Assembly (NCBI GenBank): GCA_965198005.1
Contig: CBDAOI010000003.1
Span: forward strand, 32,001 to 96,000
DNA length: 64,000 nt
Source of the DNA: Spirochaetia bacterium
GTDB taxonomy: Bacteria; Spirochaetota; Spirochaetia; SZUA-6; Bin103
Reading direction: 5' to 3'
The notes below the pieces were generated by a model. It had not been told where the DNA came from. It did not search any database and worked only from the letters and a program-made list of their open reading frames with translations. The position numbers and the translations under genes were made by a program. This document shows positions 33,284-45,060 of this stretch, one piece after another (positions within the stretch are counted from its first letter, which is position 1; the number at the start of each line of letters is the position of its first letter).

Positions 33284-33410
33284 TGTGTCGTATGGCACCC
33301 CTGCAGAGTTCGCCACTTGCCACTTGTTCGTAGATCGCCGTTCTCCTGCACGGCTTGCCGTCTGCCAGCGCTTCTAGCTAGAGCGAACCGGCACTTTTCC
33401 GTGGCGCTAA

Positions 33411-35322
33411 GGCCCGGCGCAAGTATAAATCCCCGTAGATAGACGCAATCAAGCCGTTACGCATAGGCTGGGTGGTTAAGATGGTCTGTGGAGGACGGCT
33501 TTTCGGGGCGTTTCTGTTGGCTGTCGCCGACCTTTGTGGCACTATTGCGATCATGTTATTCGTAATGGTGTCACAATGAGACCTCCCCAGTACTCCACCA
33601 CGGCGCTCATCGACCTGTTTCATCAGCAGACCGTCGCCGCGCTGCCCGAAGTGATGGCGGCACTCGGCACACCCGCCCGCCGCACCGCGTTCCGCAAGCT
33701 CAAGGAACTTCCCTACCGCACCAGCTACTCCCATCGTGGCCGCTACTACACCCTTGATGAGCTCATCGACTTCGACCAACACGGGCTGTGGTCGTTCCAC
33801 GACGTGCGCTTCTCGGCCGCCGGCACCCTGCTGGCCACCGCCGCGGCGCTGGTCGACGACGCTGCCGCTGGACAGTTCAGCGAGGAGTTGGACCACCTGC
33901 TGCACGTCGGCACCCAGGATGCCCTGCGCAAGCTGGTCCAGGAACGCAAGCTGACCCGCCACAAGGTTGCCGGTCAGTTCCTGTATTGCGCCGCCGATGG
34001 CACGCGCAAGGCGCAGCAACTGAGTGCTCGGCGCGCCCTGCTGGCCGCCCCCGGGCTGGTCGGACCGATACCGGATGCCGACCTCGTGCCCGCAGAACTG
34101 CGCGCCGCTATCGTGCTGTTCGCCAGCTTGCTTGACGAACGCCAGCGCCGCCTGTATGCCGGTCTGGAATCGCTGAAGTGCGGTTGGGGCGGCGACACCC
34201 GCATCGCCGGGTTACTCGGTATCGACGCGGGTACCGTGGCCCGAGGACGCCAGCAACTGCTCGCCCAGGAGGTCGAGCGCGAACGCGTGCGCCGCCCCGG
34301 TGGCGGGCGGCCTGCCCTGGAAAAAAAACGCCCAAGGTGATCGCCGCCATCGAAGCGCAGCTCAAGTACGATGTCGCCGGCGATCCCATCACCGGTATCC
34401 GCTGGACCCACCGCACCACCGAGAAGATCGCCGCAGAACTCGCCACTGTCGATATCCAGGTCTGTCCCAGGACCGTGGCACGCATCCTCAAGGACCTCGA
34501 CTATCGGCTGCGCGTCAACCACAAGCGCGTCTCGGCCGGCTCCGGCCCAGACCGCGACCCGCAGTTCACCTACATCGCCTCACAGCGCGTGAAATTCGCC
34601 GGGCGCGGCCTGCCGATCATCAGCATCGATACCAAAAAGCGCGAGCTCGTCGGTAATTTCAAGAATCAAGGCCGCGCCTGGGGACAGTCTCCCCAAGCCG
34701 TCAACGACCACGACTTCCGCTCCCAGGCTGACGGCATCGCCATCCCCTACGGCATCTACGACGTCACCGCCAACTACGGCTTCGTCGTCGTCGGCACCTC
34801 CCACGACACCCCCGACTTCGCTGCTGACAACCTGCTCAGATGGTGGCAGCGCGAAGGCCGCCAGCGCTACCCCGGCGCCTCCGAACTGTTGGTCCTCGCC
34901 GACTCCGGCGGCAGCAACGCTCCCCGCGTACGCTGCTTCAAGTATGCCCTCCAGACCCGCCTCGTTGACCCGTACCACCTCAAGGTCACCGTCTGCCACT
35001 ACCCCGGCGGCGCCTCCAAGTGGAACCCGATCGACCATCGCCTGTTCAGCGAGATCAGCAAGAACTGGGCCGGCCACCCGCTGCGTAGCTACCAGACCAT
35101 CCTCAACCACATCCGTACCACCACCACGGTCACCGGGCTGCGCGTGCACGTCGAGTTGGTCGACCACGAGTATCACCGGGGCGTCAAGATATCCGATGCC
35201 GAGTTCGATTCCATCGCCCTCAAACCCCACGATACCCAACCGCTCCGCAATTATTCGATCTGTCCCCGGTCTTGAAGAGCACAACAGCACCCCAAAATCG
35301 GCACTTATTCTTGCGCCGGCCC
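33411..35322 (+). mobile_element. ISAzo13-family element with both ends
   Basis: IRs ggcccggcgcaagtataa / ttattcttgcgccggccc, flanked by TAA on both sides. Confidence 0.88.
33576..35275 (+). CDS. ISAzo13 transposase, two ORFs joined at the slippery A8 run at 34321-34328
   Basis: LDERQRRLYAGLE, ISIDTKKRELVGNFKN, DSGGSN, SKWNPIDHRLFS. Confidence 0.88.
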
Positions 35323-35325
35323 TAA

Positions 35326-38058
35326 GGCGCGACCAACCATCGGATGTTCTCCCAGGACCGCTACCGCTTCTTCCAAGACCGCCAAGGCTCCGTCCCTATC
35401 ACACTGATATTCATCTAGTAACACCGCGTGGGCCACCAAACATTGAAGAGTGAGGGCACGAATGCCCCAGGGCAGCGTCTTCTCCACAATCCGCCGGTAG
35501 CGGGCCGAAGCATCGACCGGGTCGAAATCCTCACGACGCTGCTGTGCGGCCCAAGGGCCCATGATGAACCCGGAATAATCAGAGAATTCAATGTTACTCG
35601 GTTTCAGCCACGTCGCTCGTTCGCCCGCGTCAAGTTCATCGAGTTCGTTGATGACGCGCTCAAGTCGCGCTACGGACGCGAGCCCCGTGCTTCCGACGTC
35701 AAAAAGCATACCGAACAGGCCGCCAGCGTCGACGGATCGTTCGAAATTGGCCACACGCTCCAGCAAAATGTCGTTGCTTTCGACCATGGTCTTCAAGCGG
35801 ATCAAGCGAGCAAACCAGTTTTCAAGATAGTTCGCAACACCCACAGTGCCGAGCACGGTAAGCAACGCTATCTCTTCAAGGGCACACCTCTGCTTGCCTC
35901 CTGGCATGACGCTGATCTCCTTGAATAGTGCCACTGCAACATCGGAAGCCACGTCTTCGTCGCCGGCGCCGGCCGCCAGTTTGAATTGGGCGATCCGTAC
36001 GATTGCTGAAGTCGAAGGATCCGCGCCGTAAATCGGTACGTCGGTTCGTAAGAAGCGAAAGAGCCATAGGTGTTCTGCCAGCGCCTCGAGTGCGCGGGAG
36101 TCCTGGGACATCACAATCCGCGCAAGTACGACCATGCTTTGCGGAGACTTGCCTGCAATCGCATGCGTCATTATTTCCATAAACTCGTTCGCATCTATCG
36201 TACGCTTTCTGAGCGTCTCGACTGCAATGGTCTCATGGATGCGCTCTTGCTCGTCGAGAGCCAGTGTCTTACGCCCTGAGCTGCTCACAAGTGGTGACAC
36301 TCGAAACAGATCGTTGCCGACGGCTTCGATCCACGGCCCGACTAGCTGGTCCATACTTTCACCGGGTAGGGCCACCGCCGGAAAAACGTCGCCAATCATC
36401 AACGCTAGTGTCCGGTTGAAGCTCCCGACCGTAAGACTTAGACGATAGAGCAGCCTTCGCGTTCCTTCTGGAAGCGCAGACACCAGGCTTCGCCGTGCTG
36501 CGTCGCGCGTGGCGTCAATGCCTTCGGACGACAAGACAAGCCTAATGATGTCCTCAACCTCTTCATCTGGCCATTCGCGAGTCGCCATCCCCGCTACGAA
36601 AGCGTGCGTAAGTTGGGGATGACCGCTAGCTCCTGCAATGTAGGCGACGCGACTCCATCTGTCGGGATCGCCTCCGTTGGCACGCACGACCACGCGGACT
36701 TCGTCCTCAGAGAAGTATGGGCAATCGACGACGCAACATTCCCTCATACCCAATTGAACCAGCGCGTTCAAGGAGGGCCTCCGGTAGCACGTGATGAGCA
36801 CCTCGCTGAAATTGCGACATGAGGCCTCAATGACACGAGCAAGCGAAATCACCACCCGTGCGTCGTCAATATAATTCAGGTCTTCCAGAATTAGCGTTGA
36901 CGCTTTCAGGCCTCCTATGCGGGCAAACACCATATCAAGCAAACGACATATTTCTTCAGCTCTACTGTTCATAAAATGCACGATGCAAAAGCCCCCGCCC
37001 GGCGCGCCAGCGACCGTTCGCGACACGATGGACTTGCCAACACCGCTGCCACCGACGAGAATACCAACGTGAAAGTTTCTGAGAACGTCCGCCAGTGAGG
37101 ACTCCACATCGGCCCGTGTGATCATCCCCCGTAAGACAGGGAGCGTGGTCCCCTCAATCACCCATCCGTTTTCCGTAGTAGAAGGAGGATTGTCGGGTTC
37201 CCCGTCACCGATAAGCGATGGCGTCAAACTCGAGGCAAGTCTAGCAAGAACGTCAACCCTGGCTTGCGGTACGGAAGTTCTGCTCGCCGCATCAATCGTG
37301 GAGTAAAGGTCGGCCCTCGTAAGAACGCGATCCTCGAGCTTCTCGATGATAATTGTTTTCAGCACTCGATAGACGAGGTGGTCGACTACCCGCCGGGCCT
37401 CTGAAGCGGGAAGTCGAAAACGTTCGCGTCCCAAAACGACCATACGCTTTTCGAGTTCTTGGCGAAGCGTCGCAAAATCAGGTTGACCGCAGTCCCAGTG
37501 TATCCTCCTGATGAGATCCCGGCGGAGTTCCGCATCATCGCGCACGCTGGAGAACTCCCTTACAGTTTCCGGGAATCTGTCGCTTTCCAGTATCTCGCGG
37601 AGTGGCGAAATGTCCAACCTCTCCGCCCGGCCAGCGGCGTTTCTCCAATACTCCAGTCCGGGGTCCCCATCGGGACGGTCAGCAACAGCGTGCTCGGTCC
37701 CTATCTCCGACGTCGTAAAGAAACGGAGGTCGACCTCAAAATTGGGATTTCGCTCGACAAGATCGACAAACGCAGCGACCGCTGCCTGGATGCTTGGGCT
37801 ATTCAACGTAACCGTTCCGGATCTTTCCGTGTCTTTAACCTGAACGGCGCGGAGTGCCCGATCCGCTACGGTAGCATAGTCTTCCGCTACTTCAAGAAAA
37901 ATGCGACCGTGCTCGTTGATATCGACCCAGGCAAGCGCCGTCGCCAGTATCTGATACGCATAACCGCGGAGCGAGTCGACTGCTTGGCGTGCGGTGTCAC
38001 CCTTAGGGACAGCGTCGGTGGTGGCGCCCGCATTGAAAAGGTCGTCAGTTTCCATCAT
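35326..38058 (-). pseudogene. N-terminal nuclease (Cap4/DUF4297-like) plus STAND-type NTPase with helical repeats, truncated by ISAzo13
   Basis: SLRGYAYQ...EVAEDY...VQVK; GGSGVGKS; LILEDL; GHPQL; the frame runs into the IS end; start codon uncertain. Confidence 0.7.
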
Positions 38059-38243
38059 CGTAGATTCCTGAACCTCCATAGTACCACGCCATGATGCGCT
38101 GTTGTCGATGGGCAAGGGGGCGCTGCTCACGCAGTCGTAGACTTCCATATTCTCGACTGTGGACCGCGTATTCTCCATCGTCCTACGGAGTCGAGCCGGC
38201 ATCAGCGGGAGCCACACTATCCTGACTAATAATCCGCCAGCGC

Positions 38244-38555
38244 CACGCGCCCGGGGTCGTCCTCCGCGCCAGACGCTTCCTGCGCGGTGAGTTCTTGCAC
38301 ACCGGCGCGAATGGTAGTGCGCGACATCCCGGTGGCGGCCGCCTCACGCGCAACCCCGCCGCGCCCTATCCAGCGTGCTTCGACGGCCGCCCAGCGGCGG
38401 CGTAAGCGTTCGTCGAACAACGGATCAAGGGCAACGATGTCACCGACGATTGTGGTGCGGCCACGGATGCAGCCCGACCACCCGTCGTCTCGCGTAGCGG
38501 GCGGCGGCGGGACCATCTGCGCGGCCGGCTTACCGAATGGCGTGACCAGCACCTT
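38244..38555 (-). pseudogene. Fused scraps: Phd/YefM-like antitoxin C-terminus plus ISAzo13 transposase N-terminus (repeated at ~56910-57440)
   Basis: LVTPFGKPAAQMVPP...TIVGDIV joined to DERLRRRWAAVEA..GRGG...TGMSRTTIRAG. Confidence 0.65.
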
Positions 38556-38776
38556 GCGCCCCTTGCGGGTCGGCATGGTATCTTTGGAGCGTTCGGGAGG
38601 TCTGGGAGATGAGCCGGCGGGAGCCGACGCTGCAGGACGTGCTGGGCGCTGTAGAAGGGCTGCGGAGGGAATTCCGCGGCGAGATAGCGGGGTTGCGGTA
38701 CGAGTCGGGGATAGGCATAGACCTCAATCGCAGTTTCTGTGAATTACGCCGCTAACTCGCTACTAGGAGATATACC

Positions 38777-40645
38777 GTGCACTTGAGTCATCAACTCGTA
38801 CGTTGGTCTGTCGAGAGTCTTCGAGAGAACTGTCATCCATTTGTCGGAATTACATTCTTGGCGAGTAAGCGGGCGAGTATTCCTATAGGGTCCACGAGAG
38901 AGTTAAGGCTCGACTCGGTAACGAGGCATCATTTGGAAGAGCATCATCGGTTGGACCCAAGTAGCGAGTTGTTTTTCCAGCCGTTCAAGAGCAATAGGGA
39001 TTCCTTTTGGGTGGCGTCCAACTACCCGTCGTCGGGTTTGCACGCGATCAACAGGCAGACGTTTTCCCAGGCCTTCTTGCCTCGACTTCGGCGTAGTCGT
39101 AGTTGGGGATTCGCTTTGAACTACGTCGAGGCGATTGGAGAGCGTATTGCCGGATTGGGGGGATACAGGCCCGCGTCAATGGTTGCCTTGGCGGTGTGGC
39201 TTGGAAAGGAAGTGGAGTGGCCGGACGACGCGGATATTGATTCTGTCGTTGGTTGGTTTCGAAGGGAGTATCGCTTATCGGCGGAAGAGGTCGACGGCCT
39301 GTTCGACTCGTCTATCGCTCCGCCTACCGCCCGCATTGTGGAGGATATTGTCGATCTTAGGGCAGTCGCGTATGAGTTTGGTCTGCCTGCGGATGCGCCC
39401 GGTCTGATCGAGGGCACAATTCGGTCTATTCGCCTTAGTGATGTGGGACCCGCTAGGGAGCTACGTCTCGACTTCGGACAGAGACTTACAATGATCGCCG
39501 GCGACAATGGTTTAGGGAAATCGTTCCTTCTCGATGCTGTTTGGTGGGCTCTTACCGGTACCTGGGCGGGACATCCGGCTTACCCCTTCGCCAAGGCGGG
39601 ATCGGCCGCACCTGCAATTGAATACACAATGCGAAGTGTTGCGGGTCGCGACATCGTCATAGAGAGTCTTTTTCAGCGGAATACGTATTCCTGGATCTGC
39701 TCGCATGACCGCCCGTCAGTCGCTGCTCTGAGTATCTACGCCCGTGTGGACGGCTCCCTCGCGGTCTCTGACGAGACGCGGGGGAAATTACAAGTCGGCA
39801 CCGCGACACACTTGAGTTCGTTTACGGCCCGGGAGCTCTGGGACGGCAAACCTGGCGAGATAGAGGGTCTCGTTCGAGACTGGGTGACATGGCAGCTTTC
39901 GACCGACCGTAGCGCTTTCGATATGCTCTCTCGTCTGCTGCAACATCTATCACCCGAAGATCTTGGTTCGCTCGTCCCGCGTGACCCGGTCCGCATTCCT
40001 GGTGATCCTAGGCTCATTCCCACTCTTGGGCACGCTTACGGTGACGTTCCGGTTGTTTTCGCCTCCGCCAGCGTACAACGCATACTTCTTCTTGCATATT
40101 TGATCATATGGTCATGGCGTGAACACGCTCTTGCATCGGAACAAGCTGGTGTGAGTCCTCGGCGCAAAATGGTCATAGTCGTGGATGAACTTGAGGCACA
40201 TCTTCATCCAAAATGGCAACGCCTCGTACTACCCGCGCTCATGTCGATCGGCAAGGTGCTAAGCAAAGAAGTCGAGATACAAATAATTGCCGCCACACAT
40301 TCCCCGATGATTCTCGCTTCGGTCGAGCATGAATTCTCTGATGACTCAGATTTGCTCGGGCATCTGTCCTTGAAAGACGGAGTAGTTATTCTCGAACGGC
40401 TCGATTACTACAAATATGGTGACGTGTCAGCGTGGCTGACATCTCCCGTATTCGGGTTGTCACATGCTCGCTCACGGACTGCTGAAATCGCAATCGAGAA
40501 GGCCAAATCTCTGCAGCTCGCGGAGGCTCCCCCATTGGAGGAAGTTCGCAAAGTGACGTTGCATCTGAAGAAGCTATTGTCGCCGGACGACGCCTTTTGG
40601 TCGCGTTGGATCTATTTCGCACGACAGCTTGGAGACCCAATTTGA
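38777..40645 (+). CDS. ABC/AAA_21-type ATPase (PtuA/Septu-like) with ~210-aa N-terminal extension (622 aa)
   Basis: AGDNGLGKS, SASVQR, VVDELEAHLHPKWQR, ATHSP; AGGAG RBS before GTG. Confidence 0.85.
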   Translation: MHLSHQLVRWSVESLRENCHPFVGITFLASKRASIPIGSTRELRLDSVTRHHLEEHHRLDPSSELFFQPFKSNRDSFWVASNYPSSGLHAINRQTFSQAFLPRLRRSRSWGFALNYVEAIGERIAGLGGYRPASMVALAVWLGKEVEWPDDADIDSVVGWFRREYRLSAEEVDGLFDSSIAPPTARIVEDIVDLRAVAYEFGLPADAPGLIEGTIRSIRLSDVGPARELRLDFGQRLTMIAGDNGLGKSFLLDAVWWALTGTWAGHPAYPFAKAGSAAPAIEYTMRSVAGRDIVIESLFQRNTYSWICSHDRPSVAALSIYARVDGSLAVSDETRGKLQVGTATHLSSFTARELWDGKPGEIEGLVRDWVTWQLSTDRSAFDMLSRLLQHLSPEDLGSLVPRDPVRIPGDPRLIPTLGHAYGDVPVVFASASVQRILLLAYLIIWSWREHALASEQAGVSPRRKMVIVVDELEAHLHPKWQRLVLPALMSIGKVLSKEVEIQIIAATHSPMILASVEHEFSDDSDLLGHLSLKDGVVILERLDYYKYGDVSAWLTSPVFGLSHARSRTAEIAIEKAKSLQLAEAPPLEEVRKVTLHLKKLLSPDDAFWSRWIYFARQLGDPI

Positions 40646-41253
40646 TCCATGTACAAGAAATGCCAGAATATGCGGAGTTCGATGCTCAAGTAAGGCAACC
40701 GGGATTGCAGTTCTTGAAGACATGTCCCAGTCCTACGTCATCAGAATTTAAGAAAAATAGTTACTGGAGAAGGGCGAGTAAAGAGTTGCATGCGGCATAT
40801 CGGAATCTGTGTGCATATACTACACGGGAATTGGTAATGACCGGAACGATAGATCATTTTAGGCCGAAATCGAAGTACCCGAGGTTGGCCTTTGACTGGA
40901 GCAACTACAGGCTAGCTCGCCAGGCTATCAACATGAGGAAGGGAGATTCCGAAGATGTAGTTGATCCGTTCATGGTGTGCGATGGTTGGTTCACCCTCGA
41001 TATGCCTAGTTGTCTCATCAAACCGGGGCGATGTATCTCACGAGAAATACGGAAGACAATTAACGTCACAATCAATACGCTAAGGCTGAATGGCGATGAG
41101 CATTTGGTTCAAGAGCGTCATGGCCTGCTCGTGAGTCTAGCGGATGGACACATAACCTTGGAATACCTAGACGGTCACTACCCATTTCTTTCTTCGGAGG
41201 TGAGGAGACAACAGGTGTATGATTCGTTGAAGCTGATATTCTCACGAGAATGA
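40642..41253 (+). CDS. HNH endonuclease (PtuB-like)
   Basis: CAYT...TIDHFRPKSKYPRLAFDWSNYRLA...NMRKG; TTGA overlap with the ATPase stop. Confidence 0.8.
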   Translation: MIHVQEMPEYAEFDAQVRQPGLQFLKTCPSPTSSEFKKNSYWRRASKELHAAYRNLCAYTTRELVMTGTIDHFRPKSKYPRLAFDWSNYRLARQAINMRKGDSEDVVDPFMVCDGWFTLDMPSCLIKPGRCISREIRKTINVTINTLRLNGDEHLVQERHGLLVSLADGHITLEYLDGHYPFLSSEVRRQQVYDSLKLIFSRE

Positions 41254-42326
41254 GGGATGACGACGATACGAGCGCACGATAGAGCGGCTGTCTGCCGACT
41301 TGGCCACATCCCGTGTATCAATTGGGTGCGGCTCTTTCAAGACGACCTACGAAGGTCGGAAGTTGCATGCCGAGGAGCTTGCCTTCGCGGCGGGATCGAT
41401 CGCCCGGTAGCGCCTGCCGGCAGCCCGGCTCCATTTACCAGGTTCGGTTCGGCGGCCGTATGCCAAGCGGCACCGCTTCGCTCGACACCACCACCGTCTC
41501 ACCGTCGATTACGGCCGACGCCTCGACATACTGCCGGTCGTCGCCGGCGACCTCGAACCAGTCGGGCGGCTCCCCGTCGCGCGTCATCAAGCCGTCCGCA
41601 TGGTCGAACCTGAGCACGACCGCAGCGTCCCGCTTTGCCATCGACCGATATGAGGGGCCGCAGCGCACCCTGATGATTCAGCGCCAGCAGTCGGCGGAGC
41701 ACGGCATCATCGTCAGCCCGCTGCCCGACAGCTCCGAGATCGCCGGCATGATTGCAGCGGGCCGTGCACTTCCCGCCGCCCGGCAACACCGCGAGCTGGG
41801 CCTACAACTGGGGCACCTGGCTGCGCGCCGACCGCGAGATCCGCCTCGGCAGCAACACGCCACCGCGTCGCGGTAGATAGCTTGGCGCTCCGCGATGCCC
41901 GAACGCTCTGGCCGTGATAACCCGGTGCCTCGGGCCGTGCCATAGGAGCCGATCGCGCCGGCCGGTTGCCGTGTCGGGGCCGCGGCACGGTCACTCCGTG
42001 ACGCCAGAGACCATGAAACCCGCTACGCACGGCTTGACCATGCAGACATGTGTCTGGCAGTGTGCGTGTATGTCCACCCACCCCACGGTCGAAGCCGGTA
42101 GTGACCAACTGCACCCGGAGCGGCTTATCATTCCGGGAGCGGCGTGGTGGCCATGGTGGCGTCGCCCACCAAGGCCTCGAAGTTCGACCTGTCGGGGCCG
42201 CCGTCGTCATGGGCACGGTCAAGGTCGGGCGCCGAGAGCGTTTCCCGAGGAACGTATCCAGCGTGTGTACGCTCCCGATACCGAAAAAGCTGACGATATT
42301 CTTGAGATAGTGGAGGAATTGAGAGG

Positions 42327-42842
42327 ATGAATGCTATGGAAATCGCGGTCAACTTGATCGCGCTTCACGGTGGCGAGCTGGTTGGCCGGACGCGTTTTCA
42401 GAAACGAGCCTATCTTCTTCACCGTTGCGGCGCGAGTTTCACGTCGAAGTTCGTCTACCATCACTACGGGCCCTACTCATTCGATCTCGCCGATGGTTTG
42501 ACCGATGCACGTGCGGAGGGACGGATCGAGATCGAGGAGCAGCCGGGACGTTACGGCATCCGGTATGCAATCTTCAGACTCAAGGGGGATCTCCCTCAGC
42601 CGCAACAGCTCGGCGAACTGCCGGTCAGCGCTGCCCACAGGTTTCTGAAGATCATGAAAGAGGAGGCCTCGGACATCGTCCTGGAGATCGCGGCTACCAT
42701 CGTTTTCTTACGTGATGAGGGAGGCTACGGGAGTCAAGCCGTGGAGGAGACAAGGGTCCGCAAACCTCTCAAGGCAACGGCGCAACGCATCGACAAAGCA
42801 TGCTCCCTGCTTCGCCGGCTTGGCTTGGATACGATCGCCTGA
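42327..42842 (+). CDS. YwgA/SocA-like protein (171 aa)
   Basis: GRTRFQKRAYLL...FVYHHYGPYSFDL...LEIAATIVFL; ATGA overlap with the tail of a truncated upstream ORF. Confidence 0.7.
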   Translation: MNAMEIAVNLIALHGGELVGRTRFQKRAYLLHRCGASFTSKFVYHHYGPYSFDLADGLTDARAEGRIEIEEQPGRYGIRYAIFRLKGDLPQPQQLGELPVSAAHRFLKIMKEEASDIVLEIAATIVFLRDEGGYGSQAVEETRVRKPLKATAQRIDKACSLLRRLGLDTIA

Positions 42843-43159
42843 TGACGGTTGTTCGTTCGACGGCAAGGCGGGTGACTCCTGTTGTCCGGTCGCAACGCTC
42901 GTTCCATGGGCATTTGGAGCAGGATGACCCGTCTAGGAGTTGGCACTTGGACAGTCTTGTTGGCTGCTCATCCTCGGACTCATCAGCGGGGGTTTTCGCC
43001 TGTCCGAGGCCGCGGGCCGCCTGTATCTCTGTCGGTCGGCGCGCATCTTGTTGAGCCCACGCCGTATGAGGGCAACGGCTTGGCGAATATGCGGTGTTCT
43101 GGCCAGCGTGCAGTTCTCGTCGTAGCTTAGCCCCAGCGCGACCCCACCGGTCGATCCAC

Positions 43160-44135
43160 ACCAGTCGGGCGGCTCCCCGTCGCGCGTCCTCAAGCCGTCC
43201 GCATGGTCGAACCTCAGCACGACCGCACCGTCGCGCTTTGCCATCGACCGATATGATGGGCCGGAGTACACCAAGCCCGGTTGGCCATGCGTCTTGGCCA
43301 GTGCCCACAGCGACAACCTCCGGCCGACCTCCTGCTTGTTCGTCGGGTGGATGTCGCCGACGTTGCCGATGTCGTTGGTCACGGCCATGCCGGTATTCCG
43401 GATCGATAGGGCTGCCGTTTGGGCCTCCCAGATCTCGGGCAGCTTGTACGGTCTCACGTCCAGGCCGAACCTGCTCGCAAGCGCGCGCCAGTAGTCCGGA
43501 CTCACGTCCAGGCCAAGCCTGCTCACCAGTCCACTACGCCAGGTGTAATCGAACGGGGCGAGCTGGACGTAGTAGAACGGAAAGTCGCCCTGGTCCCAGA
43601 CCTCGCGCCAACCGCCAATGAGCGCGTGCATCTTGTCCTTCGCCCTGATACCAGAGCGCCCCACGGATCGCGAACGGCACGAGCGGATGGATCATCCCGT
43701 TGTACAGGGCGGTCGGCTGTGTCTCCTGCGCCAGCGGATGGGCGCTCGCCGGAATCGGCATGATGGGTCCGCCGCTCTCCAGCGCCGCGCGCGTGCTCGC
43801 CACCCAGGCTTCTACCGACTCCAGCGTCGGCGGGCAGCTGCTCCCGGTAGCTCGCGTCGGTAGCGAGCGCGTAGTCGGCCATCGGACCAAGCCCGTCGAC
43901 CGAACGGAAGCCGGCAGGCGGCGTCCACGGCTCGATCTTGGTGCCGCCCCAGGCGGACGCGATCAATCCGACCGGCACGTTCAAGGCGGAGTGGAGCTCG
44001 CGTCCGAAGTAGTAGCAGACCGCCGAGAACGTCGCGATGGTTTCGGGAGAAGTGGGCTGCCAGTGAGCCGCCGCCGCCATCACCGGCCACTCCATGTTGG
44101 ACTGACCGGAGCACAGCCACACCTCCCCGTAGAGC
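43160..44135 (-). pseudogene. Sialate O-acetylesterase, deleted and frameshifted
   Basis: [55 protein letters not shown]. Confidence 0.85.
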
Positions 44136-44289
44136 ACGTCCGTCAGTTCGCGCATGCAGCCCAACCACCCGTCGTCTCGCGCTGCGGGCGGCGGCGGGAC
44201 GACCTGCGCGCCGGGCTTACCGAGTCGCGTCACCAGCACCGGTGGCCGGGGCCGGGGACTTGGCCGAGGAGGCCGACGTGGGGGCGCTG

Positions 44290-44530
44290 CATTGCCCGAG
44301 CTGCGGCGGCCGCTGAAGGGCGCGGTTCCATCTGGCCGGCATCCTGGACGACTGCCTGCTAGCCGACCTCACCCCCGAGTCGCGCTGGGCACGGTGTTCG
44401 CGCCAAGGCGCGCGGCGCCCTCAACCTGCGCCAACGCGACCCCCAGGGCTGCGACCTGGACCACTTCGTGCTGTTCCCCGTCGATCGCCTCGACGCTCGG
44501 GAAACCCGGCCAGATCAACTACAGCGCCGC
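44290..44530 (+). pseudogene. Type I PKS ketoreductase (KR) domain scrap
   Basis: Across frameshifts: PLKGAV..AGILDD, KARGALNL, DLDHFVLF, SIASTLGKPGQINYSAA. Confidence 0.6.
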
Positions 44531-44832
44531 GTCGACTACGCCATGCGTGCCATGGCCGGCCGCGACTACCTGATCACCGCCCTGTTCCAACGCCCGCCGT
44601 GGACGGTCGACTCACCCGACTACCGGCGCACCGGCCGGATGCACCCCGCTGACTCCACTGGCCGACCGTTCGCGCGCCGCCGAAGTCGTGATAGGATATA
44701 CACCCTACAGGGGCCTCAAACGAGATCAAGGACGTGGCGGACCTGCACTATAGGACTTCCTGACTTTGTCAACTACCGCGGTGGTGACCCATCCAAGGTC
44801 GTCCCCAAGGCGGGACGGCGTCGTAAGGGGAA

Positions 44833-45060
44833 TTGACTTTGGGAATACAAGTCCCGCCCATCAAGTGTCAGGGCACAAAAACCAAGCGGGTACCGACTAT
44901 TCTACGTGAGATCAAGCGTGATCCGGATACGCTCTGGATAGAGCCGTTCCTTGGTTCCGGAGTGGTGGCCCTGAACGTCGCGCCAAAGCACGCATTGCTT
45001 GCTGACAACGACGGTGAGATCGGAAGAGCAACTAATGCTCTTCGAACGGGCCGAGCGGTA
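44833..45060 (+). pseudogene. M.EcoRV-like methyltransferase, copy 1, with a large internal deletion
   Basis: Matches 55792-55970, then jumps to the gatcggaagagcaactaatg 3' region. Confidence 0.85.

Larger units (their letters stand above)
31413..33410 (+). repeat. Composite scrap block, copy 2, containing the IS630 insertion
   Basis: Aligns with 23689-24603 on both sides of the IS. Confidence 0.9.
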
